Below, one piece after another: positions 1 to 12,245 of a stretch of DNA of 64,000 nt (position 1 is its first letter; each line of letters starts with the position of its first letter). This DNA is from Octopus sinensis (taxonomy: Eukaryota). The notes under the pieces are model-generated. The model saw nothing but the letters and a program-made list of their open reading frames with translations. It was not told where the DNA came from and searched no databases. The DNA lies in NCBI RefSeq assembly GCF_006345805.1, contig NC_043004.1, positions 105,834,001 through 105,898,000 of the forward strand, read 5' to 3'. The position numbers and the translations under genes were made by a program.

Positions 1-185
1 TCTTTCAATTACTTTAAATATAATAAAAAATTTAGTAAAATAACTTAGTTATCATTAAGCTTGTGTTAGGAACATAAATTGTGACTAAGATTTGGTGGAA
101 GATTTTAATTCAAAACTTATGAAAACAAGACATTTGTACTCAGAGCCAGAGCTGGTTTCAGCCAGGTTGGTAATGAAAGGGTTAA
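1..185. mobile_element. Right end of a piggyBac-like MITE
   Basis: Ends ...TAATGAAAGGG followed by TTAA (182-185), matching the CCC-starting TIR and TTAA target of piggyBac; the left end lies outside the window. Confidence 0.55.
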
Positions 186-430
186 TGATGTTTCATATTA
201 GAATAATTCTTTGGGCCCCATAGTCCATTTGAGTAAAGGTGCAGAGATGTTTCCAGACATAGGTAATTGATCTGGATTCCATTAGAAATATTCAGCCTGG
301 AACTGTTTGAATATTATGAGACGTTTTTCTTCTCGTAAATAACATAAAAAGATGACTGCAGAAAAGAGAAGATCAAAGAAGAATTCCTTAATTTATGTTG
401 TCTACTCAAAAAGTAAAGAGTTAAAAGAAA

Positions 431-615
431 TATCCTTTCTGCTATAGACACAAGACTTGAAATTCTGGGACGGGATCTAATCAATTACATCAATTAGTAC
501 TTGTTATATAGACCCTGAAAGGATGAAACACAAAGTTGACCCTTGACAGGATTTGAAGTCAGAACATAAAGGCATGAAAGCTGCTAAGCATTTTGTCTCG
601 TGTACCAACAATCCT
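431..615 (-). mobile_element. tRNA-derived SINE family C, decayed
   Basis: Reverse complement resembles the better copies at 28168 and 36261. Confidence 0.6.
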
Positions 616-1050
616 CATAACTCACCCTCTTAAGAGTTGCAAGAAATTTTCTATAACATTCTTATCATTTTGCATTAGCAAAAAGTAGTGTTACTGGATC
701 TTGCATGGCCATTATTTTTTGCTGGTTCTTTGTCTCAGGTTATATTTCTTATCTGCAATGTTTTTATGATCTGAGATTTAAAAAGGCATTTTTTTTCAAA
801 GATGTAACTATCTTGAATGAAATTAACTGACAATATTTTCAGAGAAGGGCACAAGGCCCAAGTGAATTCAAGGACTCATTATCTTATGAGACAGTAGTGC
901 TAATGTTACTAATAATTGTTTGTTTCAATAACTAAAGTGGAGCTGTTGTTGTTGCAAGATGAATATAATCTATAATAAAAAATTCTTGGTAAATATACAG
1001 AAAATGTTTTGTATAGAACTGCAATACTAAGATTTTCTTCCACCTTGACA

Positions 1051-1185
1051 GATTATCTAAAAAAATTGTTCTAAACATAATTTTTTTTTTAAATTATATA
1101 ATTCTAATTTTTTTAATTATTAATTAATGTTTTCTTTTATCTATTTCAGGTAAGTACACATGTTATTCAAGTATCAGGGTAAGAT
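1051..1185 (+). promoter_or_regulatory. Candidate recursive splice site (3'ss immediately followed by 5'ss)
   Basis: AG-free zone 1051-1147, CTAAT at 1104-1108, T-rich tract, TTTCAG|GTAAGT at 1149/1150, second donor AGG|GTAAGA at 1179. Confidence 0.4.
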
Positions 1186-1435
1186 TATAAAACTTTTCTC
1201 TTCATATCAACACAGAAATTTATTTGCAATGACTCAAAATTTCTTGAACAATCATTGAGGTTGGATTCAACCCCATTCACACAAGAAACCTTCATTGTAC
1301 AATTTTATATATATATGTATTGTGTGTGTTTGTGTGTGTGTGTGTATGTTTCTTTATTGAGAAAAATTAAAGAATGAAAACTTTCTCAACAATTAAGTCA
1401 AAAGCCAGAAATACTAATCTTCTCAAAATCTAATT

Positions 1436-1918
1436 CAATGGTTCTCAACCAGGATCTATGTGACCTCTATGGGTCCACATAAGATTTTGTTTGTTAAAAT
1501 TTTTGTGCAATAAATTGGTTATACTTCTTATTTCTTTACTGCCCACAAGGGGCTACACACAGAGGGGACAAACAAGGACAGACAAATGAATTAAGTCGAT
1601 TATATCGACCCCAGTGCATAACTGGTACTTATTTAATCGACCTCAAAAGGATGAAAGGCAAAGTCAACCTCAGCGGAAATTGAACTCAGAACGTAACGGC
1701 AGAGGAAATACCGATAAGCATTTCACCCGGCGTGCTATCCTTTCTGCCAGCTTGCCAAAACACTAAATATCTTAATGATTTTTTTATGCAATTCCTAATA
1801 ATATTTAATTCTAAAAATATAAAGGGATTTTTTTTAAACATTGAAATGCTATAAGGGTCTACCCAAGTGAAATAGGAATCAAAGAGGTTCATAGGTAAAA
1901 AATGGCTGAGACCCACTG
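1436..1918. mobile_element. hAT (Charlie-like) MITE with nested SINE
   Basis: TIRs CAATGGTTCTCAACC / GGCTGAGACCCACTG; perfect 8-bp TSD ATCTAATT at 1428-1435 and 1919-1926. Confidence 0.8.
1521..1756 (-). mobile_element. tRNA-derived SINE family C, full length
   Basis: Head GGCAAGCTGGCAGAAA and B-box-like GAGTTCAATTTCC on minus; matches 36261-36490. Confidence 0.8.
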
Positions 1919-3449
1919 ATCTAATTGATTGATGCAAGTGAGGTGATTGTTGGTACGGACATGTGGTATGAGTGGATAATGAATGTAGGGCACAAAAAAG
2001 GTTTCTGTTATTTGTTGATAGGGGGAGGTGTTCATGGTAAAGGAAAACTAAGGGAGAAGTGATGACACGAAATCTCAATAAATTAGCCTCACAGAAAAGA
2101 TGACAGAAATCTGAAGTAAAATTGATGATCTTTATCATAATGCTAATCAACCATAACCGTAGCAACTAAGGGAAAATTAATGATTATTAATGAGCCATGC
2201 CATATTTATGACCAACACTACATCTATGACAATTGCCAACTAGAAGATGTATATTAACCATTCCAAAACACACAAAATCTGTTACCTTCACTTCAACATT
2301 TATTATTTTCCTGTCAGAACTTTCATTGTGCCAGCTTCAACCTGATCACTTTTACGGCTCCACTGAAACTGGTTTGAGGTGAAGTTGTTGGTCAGTTTGT
2401 CTAGGCTTCAGGGCTGACTGACCTACATGAATAAAAAAAATTATATTTATGACCCCGAAGCCTAGATATACAGAGCAACAGCCTTGTAATGGAACTGTGT
2501 TGGTGACCAGGTTACAATTGGTGCAATGAAAATGTTGACACCAAATAATAAATGTTTAAGTGAAGTTCACAGGTTGTGTGTTATTGGATTGCTAATATGT
2601 GTCTTCCTTCCATACAGTAATTGCTTTAGTTTCAACACATGGTCTCAAATCAAATCACTTGCTAGACAAGTCCGTCTCTCAAACTACATCAGTGACATAT
2701 ACAACATTCATTTAGTTACTATAGTTTATTATTTTAGGAGAAATTGGTTTCTCTGATCCATTGTTAATGAAATTGTGGATATAATACTTGTCAGAAGAAA
2801 TCCCAGTAGCAGACATCTAATGTGTTAGCACTTACTTTATTACATATACTTGATTTAACCCTGTGATATTTGCAATAAAAGTATTTCTTCAAGATCTGTT
2901 TTGGAAATTATTTTATTGTGTCAGGTTTTCTAGTCTCATCAAGACACAGATATGGATGATACCCACCATTTTAAACAGCTTGATGGTGTGGGTTATGTAT
3001 ATTTATTGGATTTACCAGCACTAGTTAAAGGCAGCAATTTTAGCAGAGTTGTTAGAGCATTAGATAGAATAGCTCACAGGGTTTGTTCTGAAACTCTGCA
3101 AACTGAATTCAAACCCCACAAAGGTCAAATCTGCTTTTCGTCCTTTCAAGGTCAATAAAAAAAGGACCAATCCAGAGTTGTGGATTGGTAGAACTGTAAA
3201 AGGCCACAGAAAAGATTCTTTGCAGTGTCCATTCTGGCATTTTGCTCTCTGACAACAATGCCTATGATGATACTGATATCAAGCTGTTTTGGCCAAAGTC
3301 AGTGGCCTTTCTCTTGATAAACATTGGTGGTATGTAAAGGAGAGACTTGCATATATGGACAACTGCCAGTCTTCCTCAAAAAATCTTGTCCTAACCTAAA
3401 CATACATGTACAGATGCATGGTCAATATTGACTAAAATGGGCTGGATAT

Positions 3450-4215
3450 GTAACACTGGCATCGGCCATGGCTGTGATCTCACTTTAGTTGTTGAGTCTT
3501 CTCAATCACAGCATATCTCCAAAGGTCTCAGTCTCCTGTCATTGCTTCTGTGAGGCCCCATGTTCAAAGGTCATCCTTCACCACCTCATCCCATGTCTTC
3601 CTGGGTCTGCTTCTTCCACAGGTTCCTTCCACAGTTAGAGTGTGACACTTCCTCACATGGCTATCCTTGTCCATATGCATCACATGACCATATCAGTGCA
3701 GTCGTCTCTCTTGCACACTGCATTTAATGCTTCTTATGTCCAACTTTTCTCTCGATGGTGCTCACACTCTGTCATATATGCACACTGACACATCCAGCGG
3801 ATCATACAAGCTTCATTTCTTTCAAGCCTATGCATGTCCTCAGCAGCCATGGCCCATGTTTCACTGCTGTGTAGCATGGCAGTTCACACACATGCATCAT
3901 ACAGTCTACCTTTCATCATGGGTGAGCGGCCCTTAGTTGCCAGCAGAGGTAGGAGCTCTCTGAACTTCGCCCAGGCTATTCTTATTCTAGTCACTACACA
4001 CTCAGAGAAACCATCCCCACTACGTGGTCACCTAGGTAGCGGAAGCTATCAACTACTTCTAGTTTTTTCGCCCAGCATGTAATGGAATCTGTTTTCTATA
4101 CATCTTCAGTATATTATTGCCCCTGTGCATCTGCCACACACAAAAACTATCTTCCCGGTTAACCTTCCTTTGATATTGCTGCCCATTTTATGTGTCCATA
4201 GCTTACACCGGGTAC
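3450..4215 (-). mobile_element. RTE-clade LINE 3' fragment, decayed
   Basis: Similar to 10560-11330; minus frames give CKLWTHK..KGRLTGKIVFVCGRC and DSFRYLGD, with stops and frameshifts. Confidence 0.85.
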
Positions 4216-4393
4216 TTTTTATAAATTATAGTGCATCAAGGACTACATTATCCATCTTTTTAAAGATGGTAGGGTATGATTCAAAGGAAATTTGGTTTCT
4301 CTTTCTAGCAGGTCAAATGATCATATAGAGGATTCCTTGTCTCTTTGAATAGTTTATGTTAAAGATGATCGGGTGTATAAAGATCAAATGTTA

Positions 4394-4576
4394 TCTTGTA
4401 CTTCTTTTAGTCATTAGACTGTGGCCATGCCTGGGCACCACTTTGAAAAGTCAAACAAATCAACCCCAGTACTTAATTTTTTATTCTACCAGTCTTTTCG
4501 GCTGAACTACTAAGTTATGAGGATATAAATAAACCAACACTGGTTGTCAAGCGGTGGAGGAGTGGCAAACACAAAG

Positions 4577-4630
<54 letters not shown>

Positions 4631-4809
4631 ATGCATGTGTGTATAACAGGCCTCCGCACAGCTTCCACTAACCAAATCCATTCACAGATCATAAGTCAAC
4701 TCAGGGCTATACTAGAAGACACTTGCCCAAAGTACCATACAGTGGGGCTGAACCCAAAACCACATGACTTGAAAGCAAGCTTCTTAACCACACAACCATG
4801 CCTGCACCT
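4394..4809 (-). mobile_element. tRNA-derived SINE family A (internal CA/TA microsatellite)
   Basis: Matches the family consensus seen at 34377-34789. Confidence 0.75.
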
Positions 4810-5199
4810 CTATATGCAAGAGGTGTATTAATGGTGGTAGACTTAATCTGAAGGGCAGCAGCTGATTCTTTTGGGGTCCTTTAGTAGCTTTGGTGACAAT
4901 AATGGGGGCAGTTACCCCACCAGTAGCATAGACATCACCATCATCGTCAAGATCATATCTACTCTATCACATTTTTCTAGTCACTACTAATGAAAGACCT
5001 TCAAACATGTTAACTCGACCAGATAGAAATATTAGCCAAATCTTTCTCAAATCACATCACATTAATAAAGAAAAGATACATTGAAGAATGCAGTTGGTAA
5101 TATATTTTGCCTGAAGAAAAATAGAGGACAGTCATTACCACTGGACTTCCCTTATGTGGGTCTTTACTAGCTTCAACTGCTTTCACCATTGGCCATCTC

Positions 5200-5466
5200 A
5201 TGCTATCCATCACTTGTGAAAGGTAGGAGAGTCCAGTTTGCTGGACATTGTTGTAGAGCTGAAAAAGAAGTAATTTCTACTCTTCTCCTCTGGAAGCCAT
5301 CTACTCGCAATACCAGAGGGCGCACACTCTCCTACCCTGATGTAATCTCCAGGGATACAGGCATCCAGCAACAGGACCTCCGTAATGCCATGATGGACTG
5401 TGAAGTCTGGCGTAGCATGGTAAATTCCATTGTCTCGACCACGGTCGAACAATGATGATGATGATC
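5200..5466 (+). mobile_element. RTE-like LINE extreme 3' end
   Basis: RRVQFAGHCCR..LLWKP..RGRTLSYPD..AMMDCEVWR is a typical RTE ORF C-terminus; (TGA)n tail follows the stop. Confidence 0.75.
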
Positions 5467-5563
5467 ACTTGCCCTCTGTCAGACTATCACTCAGCTTTAT
5501 TGCTATCTTATCACACAGCTTCATACTGTTAGCAATCATATGCTTAAACAGTTAACTATCCCT

Positions 5564-5607
<44 letters not shown>

Positions 5608-6184
5608 TATTACTCTTACCCTTTTCAACATCTCACTCCTTGCTCTCTATTTTCCCCTGTCACACTCATACTCCTTCTTTTCTCATTCCCTTAGTCATTA
5701 TTCCTTCTTCGATTCACCTCATCTAACATGTTTGCCTCGAAAGAACCGAGTCATCGTACAAGCAGAGAGAACTCTCAACACTACAATGTCTCCTCCAGTG
5801 CTGGAACTACAGTAAAAGACATTTGTTGCATTCTGTAAAATAGTTGATATTTAAAAAGGCCATAGAAGCCATAGCATAAATGGAATACATGAGTGAGACA
5901 CGGTACTCTGATCAGTCCCAGGAGGGAGGTAACTCTGATGGCTCTGTGACACCTTATCCAACTTACATCTACATTGAAAGCAAGCATATGATGAGGATGA
6001 TATATGTTCTTTATAATGAAAGAAATAGAAAAAACATAACAAAAGGTGTAGAATAAACTGTAAGTTTCTTTAAGTTTCATGAATGCCTGATTACCAGATA
6101 TCAAAGTATGATTATAATGAAAAATATGCTTTCTTTCTGTTGTATTTTGGGAGGGTTATTATACCAATAATAAACACACACTGA

Positions 6185-6600
6185 TTCTATTTTTCCTCAC
6201 CAGTCACCAGTCTGTCCCAAAAGGGTGAGATAGGTTCACAAGAATGAAGAGAAGAGCAGATGTCCACTGCTTCAGACAAATTTCAAACTTTTGCAGACTT
6301 TGCAGCTTCAGACAAATCATAAGGCACCCATTTTCCAAGTTTTGAGACCTTTCCAAACTGTTGAAGATGGCGGTGAATAGTTGTGTGGCTTGAACAAAGT
6401 TTGCTTGCCAAATCTTCAACTGAAACTGCATGATCTTTCTCAAGTTCTGCCAAAAGGAGCTTGTCATCAAACTCAAGTGGACGTCCTGCTCGGGTCTCAT
6501 CTTCAAGGCTGAAATCTCCACTTCTGAATTTTACAAACCATCTTCTGCAAGTTCCTTCATTCAGGCACTCAGACTTCCCTTTATTTAAACTCATAAAGTA
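6185..6600 (-). pseudogene. Mariner (DD34D-type) transposase relic
   Basis: HTH region RRWFVKFRSGDFSLEDETRAGRP, WVPYDL (=WVPHEL motif) and DRLVTGEEK* (=IVTGDEKW); frameshifted with stops. Confidence 0.9.
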
Positions 6601-6654
6601 TTATGTGCCTCAAATGCTCCTTAGACACTTCTATGTTTGAAGGGCTATAACTAG

Positions 6655-6955
6655 TGAAATTTCAGTTAGCAGCGCCGCCTCGACTGGCCTCCGTGCCGGT
6701 GGCACGTAAAATACACCAATCCGACCATGGCCGTTGCCAGCCTCGCCTGGCACCTGTGCAGGTGGCACGTAAAAAGCACCCACTACACTCACGGAGTGGT
6801 TGGCGTTAGGAAGGGCATCCAGCTGTAGAAACACTGCCAGATAAGACTGTAGCCTGGTGCAGCCTTCTGGCTTCCCAGATCCCCGATCGAACCGTCCAAC
6901 CCGTGCTAGCGTGGAAAACGGACGTTAAACGATGATGATGATGATGATGATGATT
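6655..6955 (+). mobile_element. RTE 3' UTR/tail fragment
   Basis: GTGGTTGGCGTTAGGAAGGGCATCCAGC...AAACGGACGTTAAAC(GAT)n, same as the tail of the long RTE at 9987. Confidence 0.85.
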
Positions 6956-7042
6956 ACCCTGCAAAACAAAATTTAATCAGTTTAAATATGTCCAAAAAGG
7001 ATTTACGAATTGAAAATATAAATGTCTGGACATTACTTATGA

Positions 7043-7051
7043 TATATATAT

Positions 7052-7086
<35 letters not shown>

Positions 7087-7951
7087 CATCAAACATCCAC
7101 TTTTCCATTAAAATGATGATGATACATACACACACACACTCTTACATGTATGTATACACACATACACACCTTTATGCTAAACTCTGAGTAATGAATATAC
7201 CAGCTAATGATAGCAATGTCTATTACTCTACGTCATATATGTGATACAAACTTACAAATATATATGCATGTGGGGGGGGGGAGATAGAGTGGCAGACAGG
7301 CAGACATCCTTAGGCACTAATGTAGAATAGACAGGTAGAAATATATAGGTAGAAAGATAAAGGTGAAGCTTAATTGTCTGGAAAACTCCTATCGTGTTAG
7401 CTCCAGCCATTTCTGCTTCAGCTGATCTCTAGAGCCACAGTCAAAGATCAAGTATTTAAAAGTTATGTCTTTAAACTCAGATATTTCAAAGAAATCCATC
7501 ATAATATTGACCGTACAACGTTGATTGTAGATTCACATTACAAAAACATTTTGTGGTTTGCAATGGTAAATAGTCATTTGTCTTTTTTTTAATAAATAGT
7601 GAAATAAATACCTTAATTAAGACATTTAAGATACATTTAAAATAATTAATTGGGGATTAAATTAATTAATGACCACACCAGTAGTTGATTGTGTGTGCAT
7701 GTGTATGTGTATGTATGTGTGTGTGTGTGTGTCTGTCCATATGTATGTGTGTATATAGGAGGAGAGAATGCATGTGTGTGTGTGTATATATATATATATA
7801 TACATACAAAAATAACATATCCTCATCATTGCTTCAACTCCGCAATCATGCATATGTATGTATGTATATATATGTCTATATATGTATGCTTTTATATATG
7901 TATGTATGTATATATATATATATTATATATATATATTATATATATATATAT

Positions 7952-7986
<35 letters not shown>

Positions 7987-8804
7987 CATCAAACATCCAC
8001 TTTTCCATTAAAATGATGATGATACATACACACACACACTCTTACATGTATGTATACACACATACACACCTTTATGCTAAACTCTGAGTAATGAATATAC
8101 CAGCTAATGATAGCAATGTCTATTACTCTACGTCATATATGTGATACAAACTTACAAATATATATGCATGTGGGGGGGGGGAGATAGAGTGGCAGACAGG
8201 CAGACATCCTTAGGCACTAATGTAGAATAGACAGGTAGAAATATATAGGTAGAAAGATAAAGGTGAAGGTTAATTGTCTGGAAAACTCCTATCGTGTTAG
8301 CTCCAGCCATTTCTGCTTCAGCTGATCTCTAGAGCCACAGTCAAAGATCAAGTATTTAAAAGTTATGTCTTTAAACTCAGATATTTCAAAGAAATCCATC
8401 ATAATATTGACCGTACAACGTTGATTGTAGATTCACATTACAAAAACATTTTGTGGTTTGCAATGGTAAATAGTCATTTGTCTTTTTTTTAATAAATTAG
8501 TGAAATAAATACCTTAATTAAGACATTTAAGATACATTTAAAATAATTAATTGGGGATTAAATTAATTAATGACCACACCAGTAGTTGATTGTGTGTGCA
8601 TGTGTATGTGTATGTATGTGTGTGTGTGTGTGTCTGTCCATATGTATGTGTGTATATAGGAGAGAGAATGCATGTGTGTGTGTGTATATATATATATATA
8701 TACATACAAAAATAACATATCCTCATCATTGCTTCAACTCCGCAATCATGCATATGTATGTATGTATATATATGTCTATATATGTATGCTTTTATATATG
8801 TATG

Positions 8805-8866
<62 letters not shown>
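7043..8866. repeat. 900-bp near-identical tandem duplication
   Basis: Sequence at 7081 recurs at 7981; about 3 differences outside microsatellites; extra partial copy at 8867-8990. Confidence 0.95.
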
Positions 8867-8868
<2 letters not shown>

Positions 8869-8961
8869 TCATTGCTTCAACTCCGCAATCATGCATATGT
8901 ATGTATGCATATAATGTCTATATATGTATGCTTTTATATATGTATGTATAATATATATATA

Positions 8962-8992
<31 letters not shown>

Positions 8993-9228
8993 AATGTACG
9001 TACATATGTGTGTGCATGAATACATGGAAGTAGAGGGGTATTTGAAGGTATAGGTTAGGACATGTGTACACATACACACATACATATACACAAGTGTGTG
9101 TATGTAGATGTGTAGATATCTATGTATGTAGTTATATATTCGTGCGTATATGTACTTCTATATAAGAACATATGTGGAGTGTGTACTCCCACCACACACA
9201 CACACACACTACATATACACTTTCTCTT

Positions 9229-9567
9229 TACTCTCTTTTACTTGTTTTAGTCATTTGACTGCAGCTTATTCTTTAAAAGCCTAGTACTTATTATATCGGT
9301 CTCTTCTGTTGAACCACTAAGTTACGGGGACGTAAACACACCAGCGATGTTCGGGGAACAAACAGAGACATACAAACATATACATACACACACACATATA
9401 TATATATACGATGGGTTTCTTTCAGTTTCCGTCTACCAAATCCACTCACAAGGCTTTGGTCGGCCTGAGGCTATAGTAGAAGACACTTGCCCAAGGTGCC
9501 ATACAGTGGGACTGAACCCGGAACCATGTGGTTGGTAAGCAAGCTACTTACCACACAGCCACTCCTA
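9229..9567 (-). mobile_element. SINE family A
   Basis: Head GTAGGAGTGGCTGTGTGGTAAG..GGTTCAGTCCCAC on minus plus conserved tail. Confidence 0.8.
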
Positions 9568-9589
9568 CAACACTACATATATATATATT

Positions 9590-9985
9590 TTTTTATATAT
9601 AAAAGAGAGGTTGTGTGCTGTCTGTCTCCTACGATTTAGATTCCTAACTACTCCCACATTTTGCAGTGCAGTTTAACCAAAACCGGGTATCTTATAGTCG
9701 TGATTCATATCGAGCCCTTCTGGGTATTAGTGTACGTCTACGATGAGTCTACGATTTAAAAAAAAATTTGCCATCAATTTTCCCCATTTTTAATGCATTT
9801 TTGGCATATATAAGGGAAGTAACTCTCTAAAAATTTATTATTAAATCTCAGAACGTAAAAAGCTACAGTAACACCCCCCCCTTGTGGTTAGCCATATTGA
9901 GATGGCTATTATACTTTACATCTCTAAAAATGCTTATATAGTTATTTCCCTTACAAACCCAAGCAACGCCAGGCGATACTGCTAG
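9590..9985 (+). mobile_element. Non-autonomous Helitron
   Basis: 5' TATATAAAAGAGAGGTTGTGTG..TGTCTGTC; 3' imperfect hairpin CCCAAGCAACGCCAGGCG then CTAG|T. Confidence 0.7.
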
Positions 9986-9986
9986 T

Positions 9987-12245
9987 CATCATCATCATCA
10001 TCATCATCATTTAGCGTCCGTTTTCCATTCTAGCATGGGTTGGACGGTTCTACTGGGGTCTGTGAAGCCAGAAGGCTTCATCAGGCCCAGTCAAATCTGG
10101 CAGTGTTTCTACGGCTGGATGCCCTTCCTAACGCCAACCACTCCGTGAGTGTAGTGGGTGCTTTTTACGTGCCACCCGCACTGGTGCCAGACAGAGCTGG
10201 CAAACGGCCACGAACGGATGGTGCTTTTTATGTGCCACCGGCACGAGGGCCAGGCGAGGCTGGCAACGGACACGAAACGGGGCGGTGCTGGCAACGGTCG
10301 CGAAACGGAAAGTTCTTTTACATGCCACCGGCACTGGTAACACATCTGCAATTTCCATTGATCGATTTCCATTGATCGATTTCGATTCTGATCCTCACTT
10401 GCCTCAATGGGTCTTCACAAGCAGAGTTTCGACATGCCACCGGCACTGGTAGCACATCCGCAATTTCCATTGATCGATTTCGATTCTGATCCTCAGTTGC
10501 CTCAACACGTCTTCACAAGTAGAGTTTTGTGTCCCAAGAAGGGAAGGTATGCATACGTAGGCTGGCTCCATCCCATGTAGAAGGTTGTGGACTCACTTGT
10601 CCTGCCGGGTCTTCTCGCGCACAGCATACTTCCAGAGGTCTCGGTCTCTAGTCATTTCCTCAGTGAGACCTAAAGTTCGAAGGTCGTGCTTCACCACCTC
10701 GTCCCAGGTTTTCCTGGGTCTGCCTCTTTCACAGGTTCCCTCAACCGCTAGGGTGTGGCACTTTTTCACACAACTATCTTCATCCATTCTTGCCACATGA
10801 CCATACCAGCGCAAACGTCTCTCTTGCACACCACAACTGATGCTTCTTAGGTCCAGCTTTTCTCTCAAGTACTTACACTCTGCCGAGTGTGAGTACCGGC
10901 ATTACACATCCATCGGAGCATACTGGCTTCATTTCTAGCGAGCTTACGCATATCCTCAGCAGTCACGGCCCATGTTTCACTGCCATGTAGCATGGCTGTT
11001 CGTACACACGCATCATACAGTCTGCCTTTCACTCTGTGCGAGAGGCCTTTTGTCACCAGCAGAGGTAAGAGCTCTCTGAACTTTGCCCAAGCTATTCTTA
11101 CTCTAGCAGTTACACTTTCAGCACACCCACCCCCGCTGCTGACTTGGTCACCTAGGTAACGGAAACTATCAACTATTTCTAGTTTTTCTCCCTGGAAAGT
11201 GACGGAAGTTGGTCTCCAGCATTTTCAGTGTTTATTGTTCCTGAGCATCTGCCACATACAAAAACCATCTTCCTAGTTAGCCTTCCTTTGACATTGCTGC
11301 ATCTCTTATGTGTCCATAGCTTACACTTGGTGCATCTTATAGAGTTTCTACCTACACCTTTTCTACAGATCGAGCAGGGCCATCTACCTGAAGGTGTTTG
11401 TGATTTGTCTACCTTCCTACTGATTACGACTTTGGTTTTAGCTAGATTGACTCTGAGGCCCTTCGATTCTAATCCTTGTTTCCACACCTGAAACTTCTCC
11501 TCCAGTTCTGATAGCGACTCAGCAATTAGAGCAAGGTCATCAGCATAGAGGAGCTCCCAAGGGCATCCTGTCTTGAATTCCTCCGTTATTGCCTGGAGGA
11601 CTATGATAAATAGGAGGGGGCTGAGTACTGAGCCTTGGTGGACCCACCTCTACCCGGAATTCTTCACTGTACTCATTTCCAACCCTCACCCTACTAGCGG
11701 CGTCCCTATACATGGCCCGCACAGCTCTCACTAACCATTCATCTATCCCTAGTTTTCTCATTGCCCACCAGATAAGGGATCGGGGACCCTGTCGAAGGCT
11801 TTCTCCATGTCAACAAAAGCCAGGTACAGGGGCTTATCTTTGGCTAGGTATTCTCCTGCAGCTGCCTTACCAGGAAATAGCATCAGTAGTACTTTTCCCT
11901 GGCACAACCCAAACTGCATCCATCTAAACTAACTCTCTCTCTAATTAGTTGGGCTATGACCCTCTCCGTAACCTTCATCACCTGGTCCAACAGCTTGATA
12001 CCTCTGTAGTTATTTGTATCTAGGCATCACCTTTACCTTTGTAGCAGTTGACTATTATACTGCTACACCAGTCATTGGGTATGACCCCTTTGTGTATCAC
12101 CTGATTAACTATATGGGTGACTAGGCTATAGCCGACACTACCAGACATTTTGAGCATCTCTGCAGTGATTCCTGATGGGCCTGGGGCTTTCCCTGTCTTC
12201 ATGCTTCTAATTGCCTTAGCTACCACAGAACTATCAACTCGGATA
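9987..12245 (-). mobile_element. RTE-clade LINE, 5'-truncated, with most of the RT, PHD-like insert, 3' UTR and (GAT)n tail
   Basis: KAPGPSGI, W..SIIVNCYKGKGD, QFGF, VDMEKAFDRV, HQGSVLSP, LYADD, YLG, GSETW, RRLRWYGHV, RGRPRKTW; four apparent single-base frameshifts. Confidence 0.95.

Noticed and set aside
1686-2165. 159-aa minus-strand ORF
   Set aside because: Runs through a hAT MITE and a SINE; no recognisable protein motif
6181-6230. Apparent 21-nt plus-strand micro-exon with branch point and GTGAG donor
   Set aside because: It is the antisense of mariner coding sequence (DRLVTGEEK), so the signals are most simply coincidental
10075-10100. CTGATGA-AGCC-TTCT-GGCT on minus in the RTE tail (also about 26310)
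   Set aside because: No GAAA after the stem, and other tail copies read CTGGTGCA
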